Below, piece after piece: positions 63,167 to 64,000 of a DNA stretch of 64,000 nt. Each line of letters begins with the position of its first letter. Position 1 is the stretch's first letter. Origin of the DNA: a virus. Lineage: Duplodnaviria; Caudoviricetes. A program made the position numbers and the translations under genes. The DNA is taken from the IMG/VR virus record IMGVR_UViG_3300026493_000002; one strand, 5' to 3'. Below the pieces are notes generated by a model. That model had not been told where the DNA came from. It did no database searches and saw only the letters and a list, made by a program, of their open reading frames with translations.

Positions 63167-63916
63167 TTACCAAGCGATAGAAATCTCCTCATCCACACTC
63201 TCAGCCTTGCGCGCCTTGATGACGCCGCGGCTCAACTTGGACACGAACGTGACCAGGTCGTCCTCCTTCTTCACCTTCTTGATCTTGCGACGTTGTGCAA
63301 CCGGTGTGTCGAACAGACCACGTTCGTCGGCGCTATCCAGTCCTGCAATGGAGCGCGCGATCTTCTCGTGGCCCTTCTGGATTTCGGGATCGACCCACGC
63401 CTTGTTGGCATGAATCTCGATACGGATCTGGCGGAACTGGTCCACCGTGTACAGCGAGTTGCTGTTCTTCTCGTTGGGCAAGATGACTGCGGTGCGACCC
63501 GTCTCACTCACGACGCGCACCGTTTCCTTCGTTGCATCCAACACGTAACCCAGAACGAAGTTGCCCAGGTAGTTGCGGCCGGCCCCACCGGCAACGCGGA
63601 TGTAGACTTTCTGCATGAACGAGAACCCAGCCTTGCGGGTCTTACGCTCACCCAGCATGATCGCGGCGAAAATCTGCAGGTCGTTCGCAGACATACGACG
63701 CATCACGGTACCCATGTCCACTACGGACGAAACCCGTGACTCCTGATCCTGCAACAGAGTAAACACGTCAGGCGAATGCTTGCTGCACGCCTTTGAAGAT
63801 GGGATGCGACCAAGCTCACCACACTTGGCCTCAAAGGTCCGTTCCCTTACGAGGAACTGGCAAGAACCACAATTCAGACCTTTTTCTGGCTTCCCGGTTT
63901 CGTTTTGCATTTCCAA
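63167..63916 (-). CDS. Hypothetical protein with N-terminal Cys cluster, 249 aa
   Basis: CGSC...C...C..H; GGGGT RBS. Confidence 0.6.
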   Translation of the reverse strand: MEMQNETGKPEKGLNCGSCQFLVRERTFEAKCGELGRIPSSKACSKHSPDVFTLLQDQESRVSSVVDMGTVMRRMSANDLQIFAAIMLGERKTRKAGFSFMQKVYIRVAGGAGRNYLGNFVLGYVLDATKETVRVVSETGRTAVILPNEKNSNSLYTVDQFRQIRIEIHANKAWVDPEIQKGHEKIARSIAGLDSADERGLFDTPVAQRRKIKKVKKEDDLVTFVSKLSRGVIKARKAESVDEEISIAW

Positions 63917-64000
63917 GACCCCTTTCAGATATAGCTTGCATAATAGAATGGCGGATCGTCTTCTCGATAGATGACAGCCCCAGGTCCGACTGGAGCAGCT

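Larger units (their letters stand above)
1..64000 (-). mobile_element. Segment of a large (jumbo-type) myovirus genome: packaging, head, tail, baseplate, fibre and lysis modules
   Basis: Terminase, portal, prohead protease, MCP, sheath, tube, baseplate, holin and lysin are co-oriented and tightly packed; no host housekeeping operons are present. Confidence 0.97.

Noticed and set aside
1844-63198. Longest ORF-track starts (2989, 23311, 33761, 37424, 37945, 43927, 45037, 47482, 48422, 49587, 51152, 53258, 56023, 59914, 63198)
   Set aside because: They overlap upstream genes, promoters or terminators and lack RBSs; downstream ATGs give sensible N-termini, most with clear RBSs.

Overview
This window is a gene-dense, GC-rich (by eye about 60%) segment of a large contractile-tailed dsDNA phage. 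All credible genes lie on the minus strand and use the standard code. In genome order (right to left) it carries a sigma-factor-like gene, DnaB-like helicase, MmcB-like nuclease, terminase large subunit and portal. These are followed by a block of SprT-like protease, NAD-dependent ligase, two mini P-loop proteins and Acb1-like anti-CBASS 2H phosphoesterase, then a type IB topoisomerase, prohead protease, very acidic scaffold, decoration protein and major capsid protein. Next come sheath, two tube-like genes, a tail chaperone with a -1 frameshift, a tape-measure-like protein with a muramidase domain, baseplate (hub, spike, PAAR, gp25, J, I), fibres, a separate operon of five paralogous fibre-like genes, a holin and a lipoprotein-anchored lytic transglycosylase. 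The organisation recalls RSL1/PaBG/Lu11-type jumbo myoviruses; this comes from memory and was not verified. Strongest leads: (1) a recurring N-terminal K-[ILM]-x-[IL]...[SA]-x-[SA] signature on the capsid protein, scaffold and several enzymes (topoisomerase IB, SprT protease, a degenerate papain-like protein), suggesting a capsid-targeting and protease-maturation system that loads enzyme cargo into the head; (2) a STAATTT late-promoter motif in front of nine transcription units; (3) a five-member paralogous fibre array with DNA microhomologies and an RCC1 insertion; (4) a switch-like structured RNA leader at 43787-43931. All functional calls come from motif recognition without database searches. 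Several start codons were moved from the ORF-track starts using ribosome binding sites.
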